From: an uncultured Gammaproteobacteria bacterium | GTDB taxonomy: Bacteria; Pseudomonadota; Gammaproteobacteria; UBA9214 | Length of the DNA: 64,000 nt | Direction of reading: 5' to 3' | Assembly (NCBI GenBank): GCA_963748215.1 | Contig: CAVVHS010000002.1 | Span: 96,001-160,000, forward strand | Shown: one piece after another, positions 18,792 through 29,240 of the stretch | Layout of the letters: every line of letters begins with the position of its first letter | Position numbering within the stretch: position 1 is the first letter of the stretch | Translations under genes and position numbers: made by a program | Notes under the pieces: generated by a model | Seen by the model: the letters and a program-made list of their open reading frames with translations, nothing else | Databases searched by the model: none | Told to the model about the DNA's origin: nothing

Positions 18792-21700
18792 TCACCGAAT
18801 GTGACTCCTCCGACCATGTCGATTTAACCCTGGTGGTTTAGGTGGTTGACCACTGACCCCAGGAGCACCTCTTACACCAAGATGGAACTCCGCCATTACA
18901 GCATGACCGCGCCAACGTGCCTGCATAGGATTACTATTGGTCCCGAGACTAGCCATAGGAACCTACAGGAAAAGAGTTATGAGCTTTTTTTAGGCATTCG
19001 TTCTGATCGCTACACTTAATTGTCGGACAATCAAAGCAATCGCCTCCTGTATCTCGTGGATCATTCGTGCGCGGTACACCACGCCCATTCTGCGGATAGA
19101 GACCGTACACTGTTCCATCATCCGCAATGATGTAACAGTGTCGTTGCCTAAAACCGTGTCCACGACCACCAACTCCTGCTATAGAATCAAGATATCTGCA
19201 ACATAGTTTTGCAAGGCCAGTCGGATCAGTCCACCTTAATGGATTAAGCTCTACGTAAGCATAGGTATTTAAACCACCATCCAACCCAATCGGATCACTC
19301 GTAATATACCGCCCTGTCTCCGGATCATAATACCTGAAGTAATTGTAATGCAGACCCGTCTCGGCATCGTAGTACTGACCCGGAAAGCGAACATTCAACT
19401 CCACTGTATTCACGCTCACCGTTGCATCACCAAAGGGATCATACGTCGCCCGCCACACCACGCTGCCAGCCTCGTCTGTCATCACTTGCGGGGTGCCCAG
19501 GTGGTCGGTGTGCACGTAATAGAGTTGCCCCTGCGCGACCGCGGCGTCGGCCCTGTCGATCAGCCCGTCCCAGGCCGTCAGCAAGGTCTTGCCGAGCGCA
19601 TTGTCGATAACAGACTGCCATGCCAGGCCCAGCAGGGTCCGTGACAGGATTACCAGATCACCGGCATTCAGCTGACCGTCCTGGTTCATGTCACCGGCCG
19701 TAAACTCGGCCGGTGTTGGCGTCCGGCTTCCCAGCACCATCTGCATCAACAGCAGGTAGTCGCTGACAGTGATCTGCCCATCGACATCGATGTCCCCCGG
19801 CACGGACACGCTGCCGGGATCGCCCGGATCCGAACCATTGGCCACCTCGGCCCCGTCACTCACCCCGTCGCCGTCCGTATCCGGGTTGTTGATCAGCGTG
19901 CCGTACAGCAGCAGCTCGTCGCGGTTACCCAGGCCGTCACCGTCATCATCCGGGCTGACGGGATTACTGCCCAGGGCGGCCTCGTCCCGGTTGGTCTGGC
20001 CGTCCTGGTTGGTATCCGGGAGGTAGATCGCCAGCAGCTGCCCGTTGAGGTAGAGATACTCCACCAGCACCGTGCCCGCCTGATCGGTCTCGGCCAGCAA
20101 TGCGCCGTCGGTGCCATACAGAAAGGACTCTCCGCTGCCGTCCGGCCGTGCCTTGGCCACACGCTGTCCCAGGCCGTTGTAGGCGAAGCTCGCTACCAGG
20201 CTGCCATTGTCGGCGGCATCGGCCAGGCGCTGATGGGCCGTATAGGCATAGCTCCAGTTGCCTTTGGCAAGGGTATTGCCGGCAATGCTCGTCACGACAT
20301 CGGCACTGCCGAGCTGGTCGAGGCGGTTGCTGGCCGGTTCATAGTTGAGCAATACCGGACTGCCTTCGTCGCCAAGGAGACGGTTGCCGTTCTTATCGTA
20401 GTCATAGTTCCAGCCGCCACCAAAGGGACCGCTGGCGGTATCCAGCCGGTTGAGCGGATCGTAGCCGAAGCTGCTGGCACTGCCCAGGCTGTCATCGCGC
20501 TGGATCAGGTTGCCGTTATGGTCATAGAGCGGATAACTCAGTGCCAGGGCTCCGGGTACGCTCTGGGCCGTCAGCCGGTAGGCGCTATCCCAGGTCTGTG
20601 TCAGGCTCTTGCCGTTGCCGTAGGTTAGTGACGCGACCCCGCCATACGGCACATAACCGATGGCGCCGGCCAGGCTCTGTGTCTGGCCGTTGACGGTAAG
20701 GTCGACGCCATCGACCTGACCTGCTGCATCGTAGTGATAGGTCACGACGGTACCGGACGGATAGGTGACGGTCTTGAGCCGGTTGGTGGCATCATGGGTG
20801 TAGCTCACCCCCTGGTGGGTTGTGACGTTGCCAAAGCCATCGTAGCGATAGAAGACCGCGGCGCTGCCGGTCGTGACGCGGCACAGCCGGCCGCTGCCGT
20901 TCGGGCAGCTGTCATAGCTGTACGTGACATCCTCCTGCGGACCGGGTGTCGTGACGCCAGTCAGTCGGTTCAGGGCATCGTAGCTGTAGCTGTGCGTAAT
21001 GGCCTCGGGCGTACCGCTCGCCGTGGTCTTGCTCAGTACGTTGCCGGCGTCATCGTAGCTGTAGGTGGTGGTCCCGGTATCCGGGCTGGTGGTCGCGAGC
21101 AGGTTGCCCAGGTCATCGTACTGGTAGGCAGTGGTGCCGTTATTGGGATCGGTAACCGTAGTCAGCCGGTCGTCAACGTCATAGCCGTATTGCGTCGAGG
21201 CATTCGCCGTGGACGGATCGGTCCCGCCCAGGTCCTGGGTTGATGTGAGCAGACGCTTGAGGGCATCGTAGCTGTAGTCGGTGATACTGCCGTTGCCGTC
21301 GGTGGCTTTGTCCAGGCTGCCGTCCGGCGCATAATCCGCATCCACCCGTTCAAGCGGGCTGGCCGGGTTGTTGCCTGACTGGCTGAGATCCAGACGGTTG
21401 TAGGCATCGAAGGTTTGCGTCAATGCCTTGTACAAAGTACCGCTACTGTCACGGGTCTGCTCGGCTACCCGGTTGCCCTCGGTATCGAGACTGTAGTCGA
21501 TGTAGTTACCTATTCCATCAGTCACACGCACCAGGCGGCGTGCGGGATCATAGCCAAAGGTCACCGTCGTGGCCGCCGGCGTACCATGTGCCGTTGTAAT
21601 ACTCTGCACCTCACCCGTGGCCAGGTAGGTCCAGCGGGTCACCTGTACCGCCGACGCACTGCGCTTGGTCAGGGTTTCCAGCCTATCGTTGCCGGGGTAA

Positions 21701-23699
21701 TAGGTGTAATTCAGGCTTAGCCCGTTGGGGCGATCCTCGCTGGCCACCTTGCCGGTGGCCGTGTACTGGATGTTGCGGCGGATCAGGATACCTAAGGCAT
21801 CCTCGATCTCCTTCAGTCGCGCGCGGTTATTGCCCTCCAGGGGATCATCCGGGTAATAGCGGAAGTTGGTAATATCACTGACATCCGTTCCTGGACCGTC
21901 GATCCGGGTGAGCTGGTGCAGGGGTCCGTTGTATTGCCAGGTTGTGGTACGGGAGACCACCGTGCTGTCCGGCTTGAAACCGGCCACGGTTTCCGCGATA
22001 CGGTTGCCGAAGTTATCGTAGCTGTAGGTCGTGATCTTGTTCGCGCCGGCATGGACCGACGGCTCGGTCATCGTGGCAATCCGGCTGAAATAGCGCGGGA
22101 TCGTAGGTGTAGTCGGTACGGCGTTCCTCCGGCGTCCCCTTGGCCTCTATCTTGAATCCTGGATTGCCGTTGGCATCGTAGTTGCCGTACTCCGTTGGTG
22201 ACACCGTTTTCGGTTCTCGTGAGCAGGTTGTTGTTGGCCGGATCGTAGCTGTAGCTGGTATTTCCTGAACCGCAGGTAGCGCAACCTGGCCCGTTTATGC
22301 CTGTTACCAGTGCTACATCAATCTGTGTATTTATCGAATAATTACTCTGAATGTTCTTGCTGTTAGTCAATGTCCTGGCGTTATTAACATCGTCATAGGC
22401 AATATCGACACGATCAGCGCCGCCTGCGTGGTAACTGGCCCTGACTCTTCGGTCTGCATAATATTCGTAAGTTGCATAACGTACTTCTCGTGTACCATCC
22501 CAGTCAGAAATCCCGGTAAGGTGACCGGGTAAATCCGCAGCGCTTTCAATCAGTGATGATTCATTATAGTGATAACGACGATACGGGTTATTCAAATAGC
22601 CATCCGAACTCCCGTCCGGGTAATACACATACTCCAGGTTGTAATTGGCATCGTAGGTATATGTCCAGACATTGCCAGCATGATCGGTAATGGTCTCGAT
22701 ATGATTATCCGGTGTATAGGTGAACGCGATGGACTCGCCGATTGAATTGGCAACCGCCAGCAGCCTGTCCGGATTGGAAGGATCCTGGTAGTCAAGCGAC
22801 GTTGTCACACCATCGATCGATGCAATACTTAGCAGACGCCCGGTAAAATGATAGGTCTCGACGGAATCATCTTCCCTGGTAATTTCGAATGTATCATTTG
22901 ACTCTACAAGCCTGATTCTGGAGTCACTTTCACCGAACCACGACTGATTCGCCGTGCTGTAGTTCCATTGCTCTCCCCTGCCATCAGCATCCCTGACTAT
23001 CAGTTTGAACGCACTCAACTCGAGCTGTTTATGCCAGGTCGATGACCACCCGTTACCCAGGCCACTATCGTCGATACTCTGGCTGTTATAGAAACGTTCA
23101 AAATGCAGACTTGAGAAATCGCCCGGCAAATCAATATCTCTGTGAACCTTGTTGCCCGTTGCGACATTGACAGGGTTGCCGGCCATGGAATTACCTGCAC
23201 AGGCCATACCGCGGTTCTTGTCTTCATTCCACGGCACGGCAGGAAGCTCGCATACAAGTTGCGCATTATCGTCTGTGCCGGGAATACTGCCGTCGGGACA
23301 TGCATTGAATCTGTCATAGGTAACCCTGAAGTAGGTGTCAGCTGTCCGCCAACCGTTCTGTGGATTTTGCTGATCAAAATATCGGTATCTAAAGCAGGTG
23401 CCGGGTGCAGTACACTGGCTTCCGGTTAATAGCGTTTCGAACTCGTACGTGATCTGGCAACTCGTCGAGGGCGGTGGATAGGGGGTATTCGCGCACCCTA
23501 TAAAACAGCGCTCGACTTTAAAATCGAACAGCTTGTTAAATGCATCGGCAAAACTTGAGCCATACTGCCTGACAGAGTTGCCATACGAGCAAGGCCACGG
23601 TGGGTCCCGCGCTATCCAGACAGGGACGCTGGGAAACGTGTGACTTGCAAACAAGGCCAGCAGCAGAGCCGCACTGACAGTTACATTTCTTTTTCTCAT
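18792..23699 (-). CDS. Rhs/YD-repeat polymorphic toxin with signal peptide, DUF6531-like domain, dockerin insert and variable C-terminus (frameshifts near 22200, 22090 and 18950-18880)
   Basis: GNPVNVATGNK...LHFERFYNS...LGNGWS; many YD repeats; core YYVHTDHLGTP...RFPGQYYDAETGLHYNYFRYYDPETGRYITSDPIGLDGGLNTYAYVELNPLRWTDPTGL. Confidence 0.88.
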
Positions 23700-23946
23700 C
23701 CAAAGACCCAATCCATGCTCATATCCCGTACTGCATGCCGGCTTCCCGACAGGCAACACGCGAAGGGCCCAATGCCGTTGCGTGCTTCTACAGCACTCAG
23801 CCTTCCCATCGGTTTCGCATCACGCGGATAATTAACAATCCCCGCCAGCTATTCTTGCGCCGGGCAACATGGCAGTTCAGCCAGAGACATGCGCCGCCGG
23901 TTGTAGGTAAACAGGGTTTTCTGGCGCAGGACATGCGCGGGGATTG

Positions 23947-24873
23947 CTATTCAGCAGGCACCTTGAGAGTTTCGTCCCAGTACGGCGCATCACCGTAGCG
24001 GCTGGCAAGAAACTCGATGAACACCTGCACACGCCGCGGCACCAGGCGCCCCGGCGGGGTTACGGCATGGATGCCGGTTGCGGGCTGCTCGAAGTCCGGG
24101 AGGATGCGTTGCAGTTTGCCTTCGTTGATATAGCGGGCAAGGATGAAGGTCGGACCGGTGGTGATGCCGATCCCGGCCGCGGCGGCACAGGCCAGCGCCT
24201 CGCCGTTGTTGGCGCGCATGCGCAGCTGCGGCTGAGCGTGCAGCGGGCGGCCATCCGGCGTTGCGTATTGCCACTGCCGCCGGTAACTCATGTTGCTGTA
24301 CTGCAGGCCGACGTGGTGTTGCAGGTCGTCCGGGTGTTGCGGCTCCCCGAAACGCTCGAGGTAGGCGCGGCTGGCGCAGGTCACCGTGCGCGAGGTGCCG
24401 ATACGGCGCGCGATCAGCGTGGAATCCGTTAGCTCGCCGATCCGCACTGCGAGGTCGAAGCCCTCCTCGACCAGGTTGATGCTGCGGTCGTTCAGGTCCA
24501 GGTTGAGTTCGATGGCGGGGTAGGTGTCGAGAAATTCCGTCAGTGCGTCGGACAGGTGCGCGAGGCCGAAGCTCAGTGGCGCGGCCAGCTTGAGTGCCCC
24601 GCGCAGATCGGTGACCTCGGCCGTCACGCCCTGCTCCGCGTCCTCGAGATCGGCCAGGATCTGCACCGCGCGCTGGTAGAAATTGCGGCCGGCGTCGGTC
24701 AGCGTCAGGCGCCGCGTGGTGCGGTGCAGCAGGCGGCTGCCGAGGCGCTGCTCCAGCTGACTGACGCGCCGGCTGATGACCGACTTCGCGACCCCGAGGC
24801 GCTCGCCTGCGGCGCTGAAGGTGCCCGCCTCGATCACGGCAACCAGGGCTTGGATATCGGCAAAGCGATCCAT
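23947..24873 (-). CDS. LysR-family regulator (CrgA-like)
   Basis: GTFSAAG...LEQRLGSRLLHRTTRRLTLT; LVEEGFDLAVRIG. Confidence 0.95.
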   Translation of the reverse strand: MDRFADIQALVAVIEAGTFSAAGERLGVAKSVISRRVSQLEQRLGSRLLHRTTRRLTLTDAGRNFYQRAVQILADLEDAEQGVTAEVTDLRGALKLAAPLSFGLAHLSDALTEFLDTYPAIELNLDLNDRSINLVEEGFDLAVRIGELTDSTLIARRIGTSRTVTCASRAYLERFGEPQHPDDLQHHVGLQYSNMSYRRQWQYATPDGRPLHAQPQLRMRANNGEALACAAAAGIGITTGPTFILARYINEGKLQRILPDFEQPATGIHAVTPPGRLVPRRVQVFIEFLASRYGDAPYWDETLKVPAE

Positions 24874-24994
24874 ATTGTTGCTGATAATAGAACAGTAATT
24901 TCTATATATCGATATTTATTAATCTTTTTGCAACGACCATGCTGGTATCACACGGGCGTAGACCGTCTCCGGCCCGACAAGCGAGGAACACAGC

Positions 24995-25411
24995 ATGAAT
25001 ACATCCACCACCGCAGCCGCCACGCAACTCACGGGCCGGCTGCTCCTGTCGGTCATTTTCATCATGGCCGGCATCACCAAGATCGGCGCCTTTGTAGGCA
25101 CCCAGGGCTACATGGAAAGCATGGGCGTACCCGGCGCCCTGTTACCACTGGTCATTGCACTCGAAATCGGCGGCGGACTTACCCTCCTGCTCGGCTGGCA
25201 GACCCGCATCGGCGCCTTCCTGCTGGCGGGCTTCTGCCTGTTGAGCGGGTTGCTTTTTCACGCCGACTTCGGCGACCCGATGCAGTCGATCCTGTTCATG
25301 AAGAACCTGGCCATTGCCGGCGGCCTGCTGACGCTGCTCGCCAATGGCGCCGGCGCCTGGTCGGTCGATGCCTGGCAGCAGCGCCCGGCCGGAGGATTGC
25401 ACCATGCCTGA
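24995..25411 (+). CDS. DoxX-family membrane protein
   Basis: GRLLLSVIFIMAGITK, EIGGGL, FMKNLAIAGGLL. Confidence 0.9.
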   Translation: MNTSTTAAATQLTGRLLLSVIFIMAGITKIGAFVGTQGYMESMGVPGALLPLVIALEIGGGLTLLLGWQTRIGAFLLAGFCLLSGLLFHADFGDPMQSILFMKNLAIAGGLLTLLANGAGAWSVDAWQQRPAGGLHHA

Positions 25412-26033
25412 TCAGGGCAGCTTCAATATTCTGCGCATCGACGCCAGTGCGCGGCGTGACCATTCGATCACGCGCCAGCTGGGTGACACGGTGACGCAGC
25501 GATTGCTGCGGGAACACCCGCAGGCCACGATCACCTTGCGCGATCTCGCCGAGCCCGTCGGCTTCATCGATGCCGACTGGGTCCAGGCCAACCTGACGGA
25601 CCCGGCGGCGCGCGATGCGCGGCAGCGTGACGCCCTCGGCACGTCCGACCGCCTGGTACGGGAACTGGATGCGGCCGATGTCATCGTGCTGACCACGCCG
25701 GTCTATAATTTCTCTGTACCGGCGTCGCTCAAGGCCTGGATTGACATGGTCTGTCGCGCACGCCTGAGTTTCCGCTACACGGAACATGGCCCGGCGGGCC
25801 TGCTGCGTGACCGGCCGGTCTACGTGGTAATGGCGTCCGGCGGCATGGCGTTCGGTGGCCCGGCCGATTTTGCCAGCGGCTACCTGCGTCATATCTTCGC
25901 CTTCATCGGCATCCATGACGTGCGGATGGTGCAGGCGGAACGCACCGGCAGCGATGCCGACTCCAGCACGCGAGCCGCGCTCGACATGCTGGCACACTGG
26001 TTACCCGGCCGGGCAATACCGGCCATAGCGTAA
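25404..26033 (+). CDS. azoR: FMN-dependent NADH-azoreductase
   Basis: ILRIDASAR, PVYNFSVPASLKAWID, FRYTEHGPAGLL, YLRHIFAFIG. Confidence 0.88.
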   Translation: MPDQGSFNILRIDASARRDHSITRQLGDTVTQRLLREHPQATITLRDLAEPVGFIDADWVQANLTDPAARDARQRDALGTSDRLVRELDAADVIVLTTPVYNFSVPASLKAWIDMVCRARLSFRYTEHGPAGLLRDRPVYVVMASGGMAFGGPADFASGYLRHIFAFIGIHDVRMVQAERTGSDADSSTRAALDMLAHWLPGRAIPAIA

Positions 26034-26047
26034 GCGAGGAGTTTTAC

Positions 26048-26923
26048 ATGACTGCAATCACCGACACTGCAACCCGCACGGCACGGCACGTCACGCGCGT
26101 CGTCAAGGGCATGCCGGCCACCGACGGCGCGGGCGTGGAACTCACGCGCGTCATCGGTCAGCCGGCGTTGCCCATGATCGATCCCTTCCTGCTGCTGGAC
26201 GCCTTCCGCTCCGACCGGCCCGAGGACTACATCGCCGGCTTTCCGCCGCATCCGCATCGCGGCTTCGAGACGGTCACCTACCTGCTCGACGGGCGCATGC
26301 GGCATCGCGACAATGCCGGCCATGAGGGCGTCATCGAGCCCGGCGGCATCCAGTGGATGACCGCCGGTCGCGGTATCGTGCACTCGGAAATGCCGGAGCA
26401 GGAAAACGGCCTGCTGGAAGGTTTCCAGCTCTGGGTGAATCTGCCGGCCGCGCACAAGATGGACGCGCCGGGCTACCAGGAATACCCTGCCGACCGCATC
26501 CCTGAAGAGTCGCGCGACGGCGGCATCACGGTGCGCGTGATCACCGGCACCACGTCACTGGGCACCCAAGGACCGGTGGTGCAACCGCTCACCGCACCGC
26601 TTTACCTGGATGTCACGCTGCCGGCCGGCGGCACGTTCACGGAATGCATGCCGACTCAGCACAACGCCTTCGTCTACGTCATCAACGGCCCGCTCACGGC
26701 CAGTGACCCGGACGGCTATGCCGTCACGCTTTCGCGTGACGACCTTGGCATCCTCGCGCATGGCGACAGCGTGACGCTGCTGGCGGCGGATAGCGATGCA
26801 CGCTTCCTGCTGGTGGCCGGCCGGCCGCTCAACGAGCCGGTCGCCCGCGGCGGACCGTTCGTGATGAATACCCGCTCCGAGGTACAGCAGGCGTTCGACG
26901 ATTACCAGCAAGGGACGTTCTGA
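26048..26923 (+). CDS. Pirin-family protein
   Basis: DPFLLLD, GFPPHPHRGFETVT, QWMTAGRGIVHSEMP, FQLWVNLP, GPFVMNT. Confidence 0.95.
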   Translation: MTAITDTATRTARHVTRVVKGMPATDGAGVELTRVIGQPALPMIDPFLLLDAFRSDRPEDYIAGFPPHPHRGFETVTYLLDGRMRHRDNAGHEGVIEPGGIQWMTAGRGIVHSEMPEQENGLLEGFQLWVNLPAAHKMDAPGYQEYPADRIPEESRDGGITVRVITGTTSLGTQGPVVQPLTAPLYLDVTLPAGGTFTECMPTQHNAFVYVINGPLTASDPDGYAVTLSRDDLGILAHGDSVTLLAADSDARFLLVAGRPLNEPVARGGPFVMNTRSEVQQAFDDYQQGTF

Positions 26924-26953
26924 GTACCGGCCAGGGCAGGCCGCCGATCCGGA

Positions 26954-27088
26954 TCAGAGCGGGACGCGCAGTATGTCGCCGGCCCGGATCATGTCCGGGC
27001 TGGTGAGGTGCGGGTTAGTCTTGTAGATGCGCGGGTAGTTACAGACGCGCACGGCGATCGCCCACAGCGAGTCACCGTGACTGACATG
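26954..27088 (-). pseudogene. LysM-domain gene fragment
   Basis: HVSHGDSLWAIAVRVCNYPRIYKTNPHLTSPDMIRAGDILRVPL*; no start codon, with an in-frame stop four codons upstream. Confidence 0.7.
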
Positions 27089-27139
27089 CCTAGAATCAGG
27101 TCAGGGCATTCCTGGCGTAAAATAACGCAGTTATCGGGA

Positions 27140-28897
27140 TCAGGACGGCCTCACGGCAACGGCGGAGTCTGGCAGGAAAAATACATTATCGATTTCAAAA
27201 TCCGAACGCCATGCGGTTTCCGACGGATGGCCGAAGAAGTAGCCCTGCCCGAGTGTGAAACCGGCCTGGCGTACGGATTCCAGGGTATCCTCATCCTCGA
27301 TACCCTCTGCGATGAGGCGATGGCCGATCTCGCTTATCATTGCGACCAGGTGTTCGACAATGCGGCGCTGCGAGTCATCACCGAGACTCCTGATCAGGCT
27401 GATATCGAACTTCACCGTATCTACCGGCATGGTTGCGAGGTAGCGGAACGACGAATAACCGCTGCCGAAATCATCGAGCGCAATCTCGAAACCCTGGCCC
27501 CGCAGCTGTGACAGATTCTCGCTGGCAATCGCAACCTGGGTTATCAGCGACGTCTCGGTAACCTCCAGCACGATGCGATAATCGGTCAACATCGGCCGGA
27601 ATGGCGCAATCCATTCCGATAGATTCTTGTTGACGATGGTCGGACCGGACAGGTTGATAGCTACACCACTGCCTCGCTGCACCCTGCCTGAACGCAGGTC
27701 TTCCAGAACACGCTTCAGCACGGCCTGGTCAAGATCGACCTCCAGATGACGTGCCTCCACCAGCGGGAAGATAACTGCAGGCATGATCAATTCGTTATTG
27801 TGTCGTATCCGCACCAGCGCTTCATAATAGAGCGCCTGCCCGCTATTGAGATCCACGACAGGCTGGTAAAGCATGACAAGGCCGGTACCGAGCGTAATTG
27901 CCTCGTACACAGCAGTGTTGACGCGGCTGGAAAATATGCCTTCATAGTTTTTTGCCATATCATCGCGAAAGACCGATATGTTCGCATTGCCGGGCCGCTT
28001 GGCATTGTGCATGGCTATATCCGCACACCATTGCAGCGATGCCAGCGAATCCGGGTCATCGAATCTCGCACCCGCAATGCCCACGCTCACCTTGACGGGC
28101 TCATGCACACCCAGCACGGTGAAATCTTCCGTGCCGATCTCCCCCAGGCAACGTTCGGCAAAACGCAATGCACCGGGCTCGTCGATTTCCAGCATGATCA
28201 CTGCGAATTCGTCCCCGCCCACACGGAACAAATGCTCTCCGCGACGCAGCACCCCGCTTATGCGGCTGGCAATCAGCTTGAGTATTTCGTCACCGGTCTG
28301 GTGACCATAAGTGTCGTTAAAGGCCTTGAAATGATTGACGTCGAACAGTGCGAAACACACGCTGATACGCCGTTCACTGAGTACACCTGGCAATTCACGC
28401 AGGTACTCATCAAACGCCCCGCGGTTTCTGGCCCCGGTAAGTACATCGTGATTGATCAGCGTGCGCAGTTCCTTGCTGGCCTTTTCCAGGCTTCGGCGCG
28501 CCTCCATGTGGCTGCTGTGGTATTCATCCAGCGATGCGCGGATGTTGGTTGCCTCCGCGACCGGCAACACGCACGCCAGCCTATTCAGGGCAGTTTGATC
28601 GCCGCCACGAATGAGACGACTGATGTGCATCGATATGGACCGCAGCGGCTGGGCGGCGAGCAGCTTCAGGGTGGCAAACAACAAGAGGAGCACCAGACCG
28701 AACAGGATACCGAGGCTGCGTAATGCCGCGCGCTGCAGGCTCTCCATCCCTTCACCTGTCGGCACGAATCGCAGGCGTTCCAGTTCGCCGAAGACATGGT
28801 AGCCATACAGGGCAAAAGCGGCTGTGACCAGCACGGCCACGACTGCCCCGTAAAACAGGATCGACCTGGCCCTGGCCTTTTCGGGCATGGCAGCCAC
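27140..28897 (-). CDS. Membrane-anchored GGDEF-EAL protein
   Basis: Two TM segments, RVGGDEF, YYEALVR, IALDDFGSGYSS. Confidence 0.92.
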   Translation of the reverse strand: MAAMPEKARARSILFYGAVVAVLVTAAFALYGYHVFGELERLRFVPTGEGMESLQRAALRSLGILFGLVLLLLFATLKLLAAQPLRSISMHISRLIRGGDQTALNRLACVLPVAEATNIRASLDEYHSSHMEARRSLEKASKELRTLINHDVLTGARNRGAFDEYLRELPGVLSERRISVCFALFDVNHFKAFNDTYGHQTGDEILKLIASRISGVLRRGEHLFRVGGDEFAVIMLEIDEPGALRFAERCLGEIGTEDFTVLGVHEPVKVSVGIAGARFDDPDSLASLQWCADIAMHNAKRPGNANISVFRDDMAKNYEGIFSSRVNTAVYEAITLGTGLVMLYQPVVDLNSGQALYYEALVRIRHNNELIMPAVIFPLVEARHLEVDLDQAVLKRVLEDLRSGRVQRGSGVAINLSGPTIVNKNLSEWIAPFRPMLTDYRIVLEVTETSLITQVAIASENLSQLRGQGFEIALDDFGSGYSSFRYLATMPVDTVKFDISLIRSLGDDSQRRIVEHLVAMISEIGHRLIAEGIEDEDTLESVRQAGFTLGQGYFFGHPSETAWRSDFEIDNVFFLPDSAVAVRPS

Positions 28898-29240
28898 TAC
28901 CGCCCCCCCGACCGCACAGCAGAATCAGCCCCGGTTCCCGCCCGGTGCACGATCCCGGCGCGTATGCAGCACGTCGCGCGGCATGCTCCCGCGCCTTGGA
29001 ACGGGTCTGAAATGGAAATGAAAAAACCGATCATCGAACCGCCTTCCCTGGTCAGTCTTGATGAGTCATAAATCCGATACGCCGGTAGCGGCCATGGCAT
29101 CAATTACTTTAGAAATATCGGTCAGTTGCGTCCGATGACCGGCCGGCGTTCGACCGGTCCCGCGGCTAAAGCTTTTCCTGTTCCAGCCGCACTAGCGTGT
29201 GTTGCCCTGCAGAAAAACGCGTTCCGAACAGGATTCCAGC

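Noticed and set aside
23700-23940. c-di-GMP riboswitch upstream of the Rhs gene
   Set aside because: Conserved class I/II motifs could not be matched by eye.
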